Below, in pieces: positions 1 through 13,900 of a stretch of DNA of 64,000 bases. The notes beneath the pieces were generated by a model. The model made no database searches, had not been told where the DNA came from, and was given only the letters and a program-made list of their open reading frames with translations. Each line of letters opens with the position of its first letter. Positions within the stretch are counted from its first letter, which is position 1. The position numbers and the translations under genes were made by a program. The stretch is from Octopus vulgaris. Lineage: Eukaryota. The stretch lies in assembly GCA_951406725.2 (NCBI GenBank), contig OX597817.1, forward strand, positions 163,680,001 to 163,744,000, in the 5' to 3' direction.

Positions 1-48
<48 letters not shown>

Positions 49-124
49 TTAGATATATATATATGTATATATATATATGTATATTTATATATATATATGT
101 ATATATACATATATACATATATAA

Positions 125-181
<57 letters not shown>

Positions 182-189
182 CATATATA

Positions 190-917
<728 letters not shown>

Positions 918-920
918 ATA

Positions 921-1060
921 AGGGTAAAGACCCCCTTCGGTCAGGCACTGACCATGGGTTTGCACCTAGAGAGATACCCTCTGAGGCACAAGTCTGGGCA
1001 AGGTTGTTTTTTTATGGAAGACCAGCAGTCGCCCATGCATACCGGCCTCCCCTCTCCACG
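921..1060 (-). mobile_element. Dispersed-repeat fragment, probably a retroelement 3' tail with terminal stem-loop
   Basis: GC-rich block beside (TA)n; minus strand ends GACC-gaaggg-GGTC-tttaccct; family not identified. Confidence 0.4.
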
Positions 1061-1063
1061 TCA

Positions 1064-1250
1064 CGCATGGCTCAGTGGTTAGAGCGTCGAGCTTACGATC
1101 GTGAGGTTGTGAGCTCGAATCCCGGACGGGGCTACGTGTTGTGTTCTTGAGCAAGGCACTTTATTTCACGTTGTTCCAGTTCACTCAGCTGTAGAAATGA
1201 GTTGCGACGTCACAGGTGCCAAGTTGTATCGGCCCTTGCCTTTCCCTTGG
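1064..1250 (+). mobile_element. tRNA-derived SINE
   Basis: A box TGGCTCAGTGG, B box-like GCTCGAATCCC, then tgtgttcttgagcaaggcacttta; similar to 58349-58595. Confidence 0.8.
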
Positions 1251-1266
1251 ATATATACATACACAC

Positions 1267-1690
1267 ATATATACACACATATATAATACATATATCCATA
1301 TATATATACTTCGTTTATGTATTTGGTTTGCAAAATTCTTTATGTGAATTCGTGTGTTGAAGCAAATTTTGTTGTGTCTGGGGAGAGTCCTTCTGTTTTA
1401 ATGCTTTATTAATTAACACACTCACCGGTTCGATTTCCATTCATTTACTTTTTTCTTTTCTTTTTCTTTTTTAATTTTCTCTACTTCTAATAACCTCTTC
1501 AATAGTTAGTAACTCGAGGGTGCAAGAAGCAACGAAAATTTCAGAAAGAGAAACGTAAATGAGTGTAAATCGAATCGGTTAGTGTGTTAATTAATATGGC
1601 ATTAAAATAGAACTACTTTCCCCAGGCACAACAACATACATGTATACATATAGAGTTAAACAGATAGATAGCTATATACATACATACATA
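1267..1690 (-). repeat. Right arm of the ~410-bp inverted repeat
   Basis: Reverse complement of 226-640. Confidence 0.9.
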
Positions 1691-1699
1691 TATATTGAC

Positions 1700-1831
<132 letters not shown>

Positions 1832-1917
1832 AGAACTTTTTGTTTTTCTGCATGTTTTCTTACCGTTTTCCAGTGCCAAATTTTTATTAATACACACACT
1901 CACACACATGCACACAT

Positions 1918-1921
<4 letters not shown>

Positions 1922-1987
<66 letters not shown>

Positions 1988-2060
1988 GGAGACAGACAGA
2001 CAGACAGATAGAGACAAAGAGAGTGAGAAGAAGAAGGAAAGAGAGACAGAGTGAGAGAGA
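1922..2060. repeat. (GA)n microsatellite and purine-rich tract
   Basis: Direct reading. Confidence 0.95.
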
Positions 2061-3412
2061 AAGCGGAAGAAGGGTCTGAACTACTTAATCACTAAGTGTT
2101 GATATTATGTCAATATATTATGTCAATATATTAAAACACGGCTGGAGAAACTTCATCTCAAAGTTTCAAACAATTTTGAATCGTTGCTTTATTTACATTC
2201 ACCTTTCTCTACCTTTCAACATAGACGTATGGCGTATATTATTTCTGTACCATAATGACAATACAAAATATCTAGAGCAGAGTTATATTTCCTTTGGCCG
2301 GAAAATAATTACCAAAAATATATTTGCCAATGTTAAATATATTGTTAAATAGGTTTTATCTCACCAACTCAGTAAACAAGTTATGCGACAGGAGATGTTA
2401 ACAAATATTGGGATTTCGGTTTTTAAATTAGTTTTATATTTCTGCAGGTGCAACAAGATTGGTGTTAGATATTTAGACAGTATTACTACAAACATTTACA
2501 TTTAAGATATCAGGAGATTATATATAAACATTGTTTTCAACCTAGGAAAAATGATCTTAGACTCTATTTATCTATTGATTGTTTAAATTTGCTTCTTTTT
2601 TTTTTTTTACTGTTTGCTAAACATATAAACTGCGAGTAATAGATTAATAGTGACTGTAACTTGCTGCTTTTTAATTGTTATTGCTGCTTTGTTGTTATTG
2701 TTGTTTAGTGCAGGCGTGTGATCAAGTGTTTCAACCTTCACCATCTTGTCTGTATATCTTGTATTTTCATCTCAGGCTTTATTCATCGTATGCTGTTTTA
2801 AAGATATGGTTTGTGCTTTGAGGCTTTCGGGGGTTACATTGGGCTGATGAAATAACCACGTGGACACAAACTTGTTGCTGTTGTGTGTGCGAATACGTAT
2901 GACTTCTTTTAGTGTGCGTTTGTGTGTACACGTTATTTTAGAAAAAAATCGATAAAGAATATTGCCATTTTTTAATAGACCTTGCACTGAGGCATCAGAA
3001 AAAAACAGGAAAAAGCTGAGAAGTTCATAAATAATTGACATACTAATTAATTTGCAAGAAATCTAATTAGTATTTTTGACCCTGTTTATACGTCGGTTGC
3101 TGCTGGAATTCTTAGAAATTATTGCTTAGAAATTACAATAATTACTACCAAGGATTCAGTACCAGTAGACGCCAAGAGTCACGAAGCCAATTCTGTGGAA
3201 GCAATGGAATGAATTGAAATAGCTTCAATAAAGAGCAACACGTCTTTTATAGTCTACTGAGATAGGAAATTAACTGGCAGGATTTGAACTGGGGTAAAAG
3301 AGTAAAGAGCTAAATACTCTCATCAATTACGAGTAGTTTCGATCAATTATACATATATATGTCTGTGTGTGTGTGTACATACGTACATATATATATATAT
3401 GTATATATACAT

Positions 3413-3445
<33 letters not shown>

Positions 3446-3858
3446 AATATATACGTATATATGTGTATATGAATATATATATATATATACACACCCGTGT
3501 GTTGTGTACATTCAATTGTATGTAAGTGTATTTATACTGTGTGTATGTATTTTTACTTATGTATATATGTCCGCGCGCATGTGTGTGTCCCCGAATATGT
3601 GTCTCCGTGTAGTCTATATGCATATTATATATATATATATGGGTATAAAAGTAAACGGTTGTGTGAGTGTGGTTGAGCTTCTGTAGTATACTATTACTTC
3701 TCTGCATGTGCATCTATGTAGGTATATGTACGGTTTTGGTTTTACAACACTTCATTGGGCTAGAAAGTATTTTGAAGTGTGCTTCGAAAATATGACAAAA
3801 CTTTTGGGTCCCAAAAAGTTTTATGTGCGGTCTTGTGACATTTTAACCCTATTTGAAG

Positions 3859-3901
<43 letters not shown>

Positions 3902-4106
3902 GTATGTATATATGTATGTATGTATATGATTCAGGGCCTCTTATCTAAGAGGCCCCGAAATGCGATATGATTTGGGCCCTTTGCCTCTTTAGACTTAAAA
4001 TGCTTCAACATTAATAAATGAACACTCATAACTATTATCGATGCATCTTCAATCTTAAGCGCACCACCCCATAGATGAGAATCATAATGACTAAATATAC
4101 CCGTAT

Positions 4107-4295
4107 TTGATTCATACACATGTAAAGCCAATAGAGGCGTGCCCGAGTAACACTGAGCCAGTGATACATGAAGCTGAAGTGAGGTCCACAAACAAGAATG
4201 GAAAAGCTGGCACCAGAAGTCATATAGGCATGATAGATGGCAGATTTAAGGAGTGCTATGCTTCCTTCAGAAAGAAAGACAAAAGGCTGCTTTAA
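4107..4295 (+). pseudogene. Degenerate Penelope-like element GIY-YIG endonuclease fragment
   Basis: CPSNTEPVIHEAEVRS...RSHIGMIDGRFKECYASFRKKDKR resembles the PLE pattern C..E.VIY.A.V...YIG.TE..FK.RY....SFR. Confidence 0.6.
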
Positions 4296-4348
4296 TTGAA
4301 TACAAGATAAAATAGAAGACCCCAAATTGCTGTCAACCGTATGTCAAT

Positions 4349-4403
<55 letters not shown>

Positions 4404-4623
4404 TTATAATATAAGGATAAAATTGTGAAAAACTGTTCAATGGCCAGCATTTGTAAAAATACTTTTGAAGGTGAAATTATAAGCACAATTATATATAAGG
4501 GCAAAGAAAAATTTACTTTGCCTATATGATGAAATAGACATTAATCGCCTAACCACATTAAAGGGCATTCTTTGGCCTTATTTTATTTATTATTGTAAGT
4601 GTGTGTGTGTGTGTGTGTGTGTT

Positions 4624-5038
4624 TGTAGATTCTAACGCAATATTCACTTTTAAGGGGTAATAAATTTTACTTTTTGGTATTACTACAGCTTCTTTCGCTT
4701 TAATTACTTTTCCACTGGTTTATAGCGACACCATTGCCTGATTCGACTCTGCAATTCTATGCTTATCGCTAGCGGTACGGTTACAGCTGTTTCTATCAGC
4801 CAAGTATCTGACATTAACAAGGATATGGAAGGCCGAAATCACGAGACCTGGTAGTCTCGGCAGTGCGGATGGTGGTGATTGTCTCTCGCTAACGATGTAA
4901 CTACGAGTGCTCATATGCACCACAGAACCGTATGAGTTTCTCTCATGGTAAATATCACAGTATTGTATATTCTAGCTTAACATCCACATTTAAATAGTGA
5001 TAAATTTTATCTTTTGGTACTAATACTGTTTCTCTCGC
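4624..5038 (+). mobile_element. Partial tandem element: ~75-bp diverged direct repeats (4624-4698, 4964-5038) with a decayed hammerhead at 4885-4936
   Basis: tgtagattct...taaattttactttttggtattactacagcttctttcgc vs tgtatattct...taaattttatcttttggtactaatactgtttctctcgc. Confidence 0.6.
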
Positions 5039-5039
5039 A

Positions 5040-5084
5040 TATATATATATGCATATGTATATATATAAAGTTAATCCAAACAAG

Positions 5085-5128
<44 letters not shown>

Positions 5129-5151
5129 TATATATATATACATACATACAA

Positions 5152-5186
<35 letters not shown>

Positions 5187-5214
5187 CATATATATATATA
5201 ACAAATATATATAT

Positions 5215-5305
<91 letters not shown>

Positions 5306-5342
5306 AATGTATATATATATGCATATATATATATATATATAA

Positions 5343-5386
<44 letters not shown>

Positions 5387-5400
5387 ATATATATGTAATA
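5040..5400. repeat. (TA)n-rich microsatellite
   Basis: Direct reading. Confidence 0.95.
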
Positions 5401-6103
5401 TAACACACTCAAATACATATATATGTACATATATGCATTTGTGTGCGTGTGTGTGTATATGTGTGCGCGCGTTGTGTACAACTGTTTAACGTATTTCTGC
5501 CAGGCAAGAGTAGAAGAATGAGGTACATTTACCAGTGTGGAAAAGAGAGCAATAACGGATAAAGCAAAAAAAAAAAAAAAAAATATGTCTTGCACGCAGA
5601 ATTACTGAAACGAATAACCGAACACTTGAAAAAACATAAATCATGCACTTAGCATATAACTTCATTATTTTTTCATTATATTTTTCAAAACAATCGTCGG
5701 TTTACCATTTTCTGAACAGCGGAGATTCCGACTGTGTAGAAACGTATTTCAAAATTTAATGTTTGATTTTTCTCCGTTTTCGTTCAACTGACTGCATATA
5801 TAACGCCTGACAGTATCCTGTATCGCTATAAAAATCATAAGAGAGTGAAAGAGTATATAAATTATAAGAGTGTTAGAGAGTATCGCATGTTTTCCTTCTT
5901 TCCAGTTCCTTACACTACAGCAGCCTCAAGATTTCTTTAGTATAAAATTCTAGGGAAAAAACAAACAGGAACGCTTCATCTGAAGAAAATATCATTCCTT
6001 ATGATTTACAGAGTTTGGGTTTCATACTATTCACTTCATTATCGAATCCATGAAGTATACTCTGAATTTATTTAGTATTTATTTAGTATTTTCCTCAATC
6101 ATA

Positions 6104-6500
6104 GGCGCAGGAGTGGCTGTGTGGTAAATAGCTTGCTTACGAACCACATGGTTCCGGGTTCAGTCCTACTGCGTGGCACCTTGAGCAAGCGTCTTCTACT
6201 ATAGCCTCGGGCAGACCAAAGCCTTGTGAGTGGATTTGGTAGACGGAAACTGAAAGAAGCCCGTCCTATATATGTAAATATATATATGTGTATGTTTGTG
6301 TGTTGTGTTTGCCTCCCCTCCCCCAACATCGCTTGACAACCGATGCTGGTGTGTTTACGTCTCTGTAACGTAGCGGTTCGGCAAAAAGAGAACGATAGAA
6401 TAAGTACTAGGCTTACAAAGAATGAGTCCTGGGGTCGATTTCCTCGACTAAAGGCGGTGCTCCAGCATGGCTACAGTCAAATGACTGAAACAAGTAAATA
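6104..6500 (+). mobile_element. tRNA-derived SINE family A (full length, internal TA/TG microsatellite)
   Basis: Head ggcgcaggagtggctgtgtggta...ggttcagtcc, accttgagcaag core, tail gactgaaacaagtaaa; many copies in window. Confidence 0.9.
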
Positions 6501-8023
6501 AATGAATAAATGAATTATATACTTCTATATTAAAATGCATCTGATTTAAATTTAGCAATTTTGAAGCATTCATTTTTTTTTCGTTTCGGCATTTCAAGTC
6601 ACCCAAGTTAGATTTTTACGTTTTCCCATTAATATACTTCTTTAATTGTAGAGGTTGACGTAAAACGCAATGAAAAGCATGTGTGTATCATATGTGCGTA
6701 GTACAGTCGAGTACATGACCACATATAATGGATGTATTTAAATAAATATTTGTGTATTTGGATGTTTCGGAGTGTATTCATCTGCGTATATGTCAACGTA
6801 TGTTCGTGGTTTTAAATAAATGTTTATGCACATCTGCCATTTAAAAAATGTATATGTAATGAGATTCCGATATACATAGAGTGTATATATGCACATACAT
6901 ACAGATACGCGCGCACGCACACAAACAAAGCTTGCATTGTTTAAAATAAGACATGCTTTATAAACAAGCAGAAGTAACTTATTTCGAAAAATAAACTAAA
7001 ATTCGATTATTTATTCGAAAGTTTGAGAAACTAATAAATAACGATGCATAGTTGTCCCAGAAGAAGTTAAATTTATATTACAAGATGCAATGACATAGAA
7101 CAGTCACTATAAATTTCAATAAGATATATTTTTCTGACTGTCATTTTATTTACAGACTCCTTATTATTATTGATTTCATTTTAATTGATGCTACTTTAAA
7201 GATTGCAACACAGATATACAGCGACACTCGCTTACGACAATATATATATGCATACACAGGTGAACATACATATATGTGTGTATGTATGTACATATGTATA
7301 AAGCAAAACGAAATAGACTTTGTTTATAAAATATTTAGTTACATTTTCTTACGTGCATTTCATTAACAATAAATATGAGTTATATAAAGAGAATCTTGTA
7401 AGCCGACTACATTGTCAAATCTTCAAATATTGTGTAACTCTCATTAGTAATTTTTAGTATTTATACTGTACTGTCCACTGTGTTGTATTCACTGCTACAA
7501 CGTAGTCTATACAGCAAGCAATCATCAGTATTCATACTGAACTGTCGACAAATTCGTTGCATCAGCTACTTCAACATAGTCGATACGACAATGTTTTCGA
7601 CTGTTCCTTCTGAATATTAAGCATAGTGCTCTCCACTTAGCTACATATTCTTTATGTAGAAGGCACCCAGAGGAAATGTTCTATATGAATTTCTCGAAAA
7701 TGATATTTCTGATATCTCAACATACTCTTACGGAAACTGTATCATTCCTGTTAGAACATACGAGTTCGACTATGTTATGTCGCAATACTACACAGTGTCT
7801 GTGTGTGCTAAGAAATCCTCGTCGCCACTGTTATGTCGCACGTTCGGATGCTTTCTACTCAACTCGACTCCGACTGCTACTCTGACTCTACTTGACGTCT
7901 AGGCTTCTCCCTCTATATCTACGTATTGAGCTAGCCTACTTCATCGTCTGGGGTCGTCCAAGCAACAGACTACTTTACCGATACTGTATTGGATTAAAAT
8001 AAACGTCTTCATTTAAGATGATT

Positions 8024-8466
8024 CGGATTTTTTCGGTTTGAACGGCAGTTTTTTCTTCCGATGTCATATGAAATTGTCACCCATAATTATGACCCTAGTT
8101 ATCGATCTATTGCATTTCAATCTATTTTAGGGTTAGGGTTAGGGTTAGTTAGGGTTAGGGTTAGGAGTGGGGGAAGGGTATCTTTTTTTCTTCAGAAATG
8201 TAAATAAACCCAATCTGTTTCCTAAACAAGGGACATATTCATACGGCACAGAATGTTTTCACCTCAATAGACGTCATTGAATTGGTTGAAATTTCAGAAA
8301 TTGAAGAAAAAAAACAACAAATATCTTACAAATTATAGAATTTTCTCAATAAAGCCAAGAGAAAAAGATGTTTTGTAAACACATTCTACCAGTATACGAA
8401 GTTTAAAAGTGTTTAGTTACGTGGAAATTATTTAAAAAAAACTGCCGTTCAAACCGAAAAGATCCG
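8024..8466. mobile_element. Non-autonomous DNA transposon (MITE) with ~31-bp TIRs, 6-bp TSD ATGATT and internal (TTAGGG)n
   Basis: Left cggattttttcggtttgaacggcagtttttt; right aaaaaaactgccgttcaaaccgaaaagatccg; ATGATT at 8018-8023 and 8467-8472; TTAGGG run ~8127-8165. Confidence 0.9.
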
Positions 8467-8949
8467 ATGATTCCTGTCTTGAAGAAAGAAATATTAAACT
8501 AGAATAAAAAATAAGATGAAAATCTCGCAATAATTGGATTGGGCGGTTTGGGCAGATGTAGAAAACAATTATGTGTTCTTAATAATTACCAGAATAAATT
8601 ATATTCAAGATTTACATTAATTATATTTAATTCGTTGTGAATGTTGTCACAAAATTACACTGTAATTAACTTACGATAATTTTATTGAAAATAATATAAA
8701 CAAATAAATATAACTACTCCATTTAATGTCAATTCTCGACTGTTGAAATTTAAATTGAGTGAGCTGTTTATCTATCGTACACTTTGTTACTGTAATGTCT
8801 AACTATAGATTTGACAGCCTGTCATTACTTGCCAGACGTTTATGAAAACAACTTTCATTTCAAAATTCTAAATTAATTCTGTGTGTAGATGACACTATTA
8901 TTGGTCCATCCCGACGAGTGAATCTCCCATGTTTTTTGCCGTTTTTTGA

Positions 8950-9137
8950 TTGAACTACAGTCATGCTGGAGCACCGCCTTGAAAGGTTTTGCAGAACAAA
9001 TCAACACCAGTAATTATATATATATATCTAAATATTTAAAGTCTGGTACTTATTGTATCGATTTTAGGGCGAACCGTTATGTTACTCGGATGTGAAAAAA
9101 CCAAGAGCGGTTGTCAAGCGATGGAGTGACCAAGCAT

Positions 9138-9170
<33 letters not shown>

Positions 9171-9535
9171 CACACACACACACACGCACTTACACTCATA
9201 CACACACACAACGGGCTTCCGTACAATTTCCGCCTTAGCAAAATTAAATATTGGAAAAGAACGCATTTGGCCGAATTTGGACATACGACAGTTTAACATA
9301 ATACCAACGATATATATGTATAAATTTATGTGTCCATGTTTGTCCCCCACCATCACTTGACAACCGATGTTGGTGTGTTTACTTAACGCTTCGGCGAAAG
9401 AGACCGATAGAATAAGTACTAGGCTTATGAAATAAGTCCTGGTGTCGATTTCTTCTACTAAAACCGTTTAATGCGGTGCTCCAGCATGGCTGCAGCCAAA
9501 TGACTGAAACAAGTAAAAACATAAAAGAATAAAAG
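8950..9535. mobile_element. Two partial SINE family A copies in opposite orientation (- ~8950-9235, + ~9320-9535)
   Basis: catgctggagcaccgcctt...ggttgtcaagcgatgg and cttgacaaccgatgttggtg...gactgaaacaagtaaaa. Confidence 0.8.
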
Positions 9536-9558
9536 AATTCACGCACACCCTCAACCAC

Positions 9559-9640
<82 letters not shown>

Positions 9641-10349
9641 TCACACACACACATGCAATTTAACAGAATTGTAAGAAACAAAAAAAATTTCGATACATGA
9701 AATTAGTTCAATCTCTGCTGGAAACTCAAGCATAATTCTTTCTGGATTAATAGTAATATGCCGTGACAAACTCCACAATAGCATCAGTAAGTCTATTAGC
9801 CATTAGATTTATCTCTAATCACAAAAATCAATAATAGAATTCGATTATTGTTTTATTAATTTCATTTAAATTTCACAAAGAGGAATGCGCGCTTTTTATG
9901 TGAATGTGTAAATCCCAAAAGATCCTGATTGTGTTTTTAAAACCATTCACGTGTAAAACCAGGCCGATATTTTAGAAGTGTCTAAGTGATACTACCTCTA
10001 TATTGTGTTAGAACTGTTTCATGTAATAATATTAAACGAAAGAATAAGTGCTATCTGCAGTGCACTTAGTTTTTAAAACAAGTGATTAGCTATAAATATT
10101 CCTAGTTTTAATGAGATTATTCTACCTCACAAGTCATTTCCCTAATGTTTCTTACAGCTTCTCATATTTGCAGACGTATACATTACAATCTGTTATACGC
10201 AACAAAAGCAGTACTAGATTAAAACAGTCATTTGTGCATCATACTCAATGCAAATACATTGCAAGAAAAGCAAATTTACAGCGGTATCGTCAGTAACGCA
10301 TATTAACTCCTGACGAATACCGCGGTATATTTGCTTTCCTACGATCTAC

Positions 10350-11140
10350 AACCTATCCCTTGACGCTGAGCTCAATATACGCATTGGCAAGGCAGCTGCT
10401 GCGATGGCCCAACTCTCCAAACGGGCTTGGGACAACAATAAGCTGACCAAGACCACGAAAATGAAGATCTACCAGGCATGTGTACTCAGCACTCTACTGT
10501 ATGGAAGTGAGACCTGGACGCTATACACACGCCAAGAGCGTCGCCTAAACATCTTTCACCTGCGCTGCCTCCGAAAAATCCTCCGCATCAAATGGCAGAA
10601 TAATATCCCCAACAAAGATGTCCTCAGGCAAGCAGGAATACCAAGCATGTTTGCACTCCTCACACAAAGACGTATGAGATGGTTTGGGCATGTTAGCCGT
10701 ATGAAAGATGGCAGAATCCCCAAGGACATACTCTACGGAGAGCTTGCTAGGGGTACTAGGTCTGTGGGTAGACCGATCTTACGTTACAAGGATGTTTGCA
10801 AAAGGGACATGAAGGCCTGCAACATCAATATTAGCGGTTGGGAGGCAGTTGTCGGCAACCGTGGAGAATGGCGACGTACCGTAAAAGAGGGAATACAAAG
10901 GAGTGACAGAGAGAGAGAGGAGAAATGGAAAGAAAGGAAGAGACGTAAACAAGAGACTATGGCACTACAACCAGCCAGGAACAGTCTTCGCTACATTTGC
11001 GGTACCTGCCAGAGGGAGTGTTTGTCCAGGATAGGACTACACAGCCACAGCAGGAAATGTATCAGGACATGAAATATAAAAGCCGGACTAGACTACTTCA
11101 TGCGCAACTCCATTGTCTCCCGAGACAGAAAGGATGCCAA
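10350..11140 (+). mobile_element. 5'-truncated RTE-clade (BovB-like) LINE with 10-bp TSD
   Basis: TACGATCTAC (10340-10349) and TACGATTTAC (11141-11150) flank it; 3' stem-loop tgtctc-cc-gagaca. Confidence 0.85.
10404..11072 (+). CDS. RTE LINE ORF C-terminus (post-RT region plus C2H2-like zinc finger); frame continues upstream (LDAELNIRIGKA)
   Basis: LLYGSETWT, FHLRCLRKIL, RWFGHVSRM, RIPKDILYGEL, CGTCQRECLSRIGLHSHSRKC are RTE-BovB hallmarks. Confidence 0.9.
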   Translation: MAQLSKRAWDNNKLTKTTKMKIYQACVLSTLLYGSETWTLYTRQERRLNIFHLRCLRKILRIKWQNNIPNKDVLRQAGIPSMFALLTQRRMRWFGHVSRMKDGRIPKDILYGELARGTRSVGRPILRYKDVCKRDMKACNINISGWEAVVGNRGEWRRTVKEGIQRSDREREEKWKERKRRKQETMALQPARNSLRYICGTCQRECLSRIGLHSHSRKCIRT

Positions 11141-11332
11141 TACGATTTACGTACAATATGTAAGATAATCAGCTTATGTATTAGCATACATAAGTTTAAT
11201 ACTCCCTAAATTCATATATATTCTACACATATTTTATCTTGCACTCTCAAGCACCACATAACACGTATAACAGCTCACTTTCTCCCAGAAAACTTATTCC
11301 GACTTATTTCATGATCAGAATAGCTAACTTTA

Positions 11333-12317
11333 GGCGGCGAGCTGGCAGAAACGTTAGCACGCCGGGCGAAATGCTTAGTAGTATTTCGTTTGCCGCTACG
11401 TTCTGAGTTCAAATTCCGCCGTGGTCGACTTTGCCTTTCATCCATTCGGGGTCGACTAAATAAGTACCAGTTACGCACTGTGGTCGATATAATCGACTTA
11501 ATCCGTTTGTCTGCCCTTGTTTGTCCCCTCTGTGTTTAGCCCCTTGTGAGTAGTAAAGAAATAGAAATAGGTATTTCGTCTGCCGCTATGTTCGAAGTTC
11601 AAATTCCGCTGAGGTCGACTTTGCCTTTCATCCTTTCGAGGTTGATTAAATAAGTACCAGTTACGCACTGGGATCGATATAATCGACTTAATCCGTCTGT
11701 CTGTCCTTGTTTGTCTCCTCTGTGTTTAGCTCCTTGTGGTTAGTAAAGAAACAAGTATTTCGTCTGAGGCTGTGTTCTGATTTCAAATTCCGCCGAGGTC
11801 GACTTTGCCTTTCATCCTTTCGAGGTTGATTAAATAAGTACCAGTTACGCACTGGGATCGATATAATCGACATAATCCGTTTGTCTGTCCTTGTTTGTCC
11901 TCTCTGTGTTTAGCTCCTTGTGGGTAGTAAAGAAATAGAAATAAATATTTCGTCTGCCGCTATGTTCGAAGTTCAAATTCCGCCGAGGTCGACTTTGCCT
12001 TTCATCCTTTCGAGGTTGATTAAATAAGTACCAGTTACGCACTGAGGTCGATATAATCGACTTAATCCGTTTGTCTGTCCTTGTTTGTCTCCTCTGTGTT
12101 TAGCTCCTTGTGGGTAGTAAAAAATGGGTATTTCGTCTGCCGTTACGTTCTGAGTTCAAATTCCGCCGAGGTCGACTTTGCCTTTCATCCTTTGGGGGTC
12201 GATTAAATAAGTACAAGTTACGCACTGGGGTCAATGTAATCGACTTAATCCGTTTGTCTGTCCTTGTTTGTCCCCTCCCATCTGTGTGTAGCCCCTTGTG
12301 GGCAGTAAAGAAATAAG
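11333..12317 (+). mobile_element. SINE family B tandem array: one 5' head plus five ~185-bp units
   Basis: Head ggcggcgagctggcagaaacgttagc appears once; units restart at (g)tatttcgt near 11381, 11571, 11756, 11946, 12128. Confidence 0.92.
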
Positions 12318-12861
12318 AAAGCTAACTTTGATAGTTTCCTATAACTGTTGTCTTCTCAAAGTTTGTTGTCTCGAAATATTACAATATGTGTCTTCGTTAG
12401 TCCAAAATACAATTATGTAAACATTAAAAACCCCATAGGTGACATTTAATTATATCCCCTCGTCTTAGATCAGACATAAAGCCAATAATTCACGTTAGCT
12501 TTTCGGATTTCTACAGATTTTAAATTCCCAGATGTTCTGCCTAGATTTCCATTGAATTTCATTCGACGGTGTTTTAGAATGCCAGGATTAGAATACGCAT
12601 CTTATTATGGAGAAGTGATGGTAATGGTAGTGACAGTGTCGGTAGTGGAGGCTTGTTCAAGTGACAGGTTGATTAGGGTATCATTTGCAGCCAAACAAAA
12701 GCAAACAAATAACAATTGGCGGAGAAACTCGCTTTGTAACCTCGCAGTTGTCAGTTTCAGTCCCGCTGTGTAGCACTTTGCACAAATTTCTTCCACTATA
12801 GCCTCAGGCTAATTCTTTGTGAATGGATTTCGTTGACGGAAACTGTAGAAGACGTCCAACG

Positions 12862-13158
12862 AGTGACCGACCAGACCATCAGATGTTGTTACACATCGCT
12901 GGTCACAATGCGTTCGCATTGTTTTAGCCTTCGAATGACGCCACCCCGCTGGCTAAGCGAGCAGGCCAACAGAAGAAAGAGTGAAAGAAAGTTGTGGTGA
13001 AAGAGTACAGCAGGGATCACCACCATCCCCTGCCGGAGCCTCGTGGAGCTTTTAGGTGTTTTCGCTCAATAAACACTCACAACGCCCGGTCTGGGAATCG
13101 AAACCGCGATCCTACGACCGCGCGTCCGCTGCCCTGACCACTGGGCCATTGCGCCTCC
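12862..13158 (-). mobile_element. tRNA-derived SINE family C, tail type 1
   Basis: Minus head ggaggcgcaatggcccagtgg...ggtttcgattcccagacc; tail shared with 40428-40670. Confidence 0.88.
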
Positions 13159-13228
<70 letters not shown>

Positions 13229-13565
13229 AAAACTACAGTGTACATTTAAACACATAAGAGATGGCCATAACAGGACATCTGACACTGTATTTTTATATGA
13301 ATAATATATAGTCTATTGACTATTTGAATCAGACTTCATATACCTGGTGTTCGAATCAGAATTAGTGAAAATTAATTCAACGGAGAGGTCAGTTTCTGAC
13401 TGCACGCCTAATCTGGAGTGGGTGATATCTTCCAGACCAACAAAAGAAATTTGTTCATATGTTTACATTTAATAAAAATTCAAATCTGGCATTTAGTAGG
13501 TTGGTGGAGTTCATAGATCTAAAACGCATATGAAAATATTGTGTGTGTGTGTTTGTGTGTGCGGG

Positions 13566-13639
<74 letters not shown>

Positions 13640-13900
13640 TTTGAGCTTTCCTCTCTCCACTGCTTGACAATCTGTGCTAGTTTGTTTATATACTCGTAAC
13701 ATTAGTGGTTCGGCAAAAGAAACCGACACATCGAGTTTAAAGAACCTAAATCGTTAAAGAACCGAAATACTGAGATCGAATTGTACGACTAAACACAACA
13801 AGGCGGATCCCTTGCATCACCGAAGTCCGAAGACTGAAACAAGTGAAAAAGATAAAAGAAACGAAAATAAATTTCCTGATTAAGACAAAAAGTTACGCTA

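Noticed and set aside
1064-1140. tRNA gene (also the heads of SINE families A and C)
   Set aside because: A/B boxes present but no complete cloverleaf, and each continues into a SINE body
8127-8165. Telomere or chromosome fusion scar
   Set aside because: Short, single orientation, enclosed by TIRs and a TSD
11333-12317. Possible CRISPR-like array
   Set aside because: Units are ~185 bp, wholly repeated with no unique spacers; eukaryotic SINE context, no cas genes
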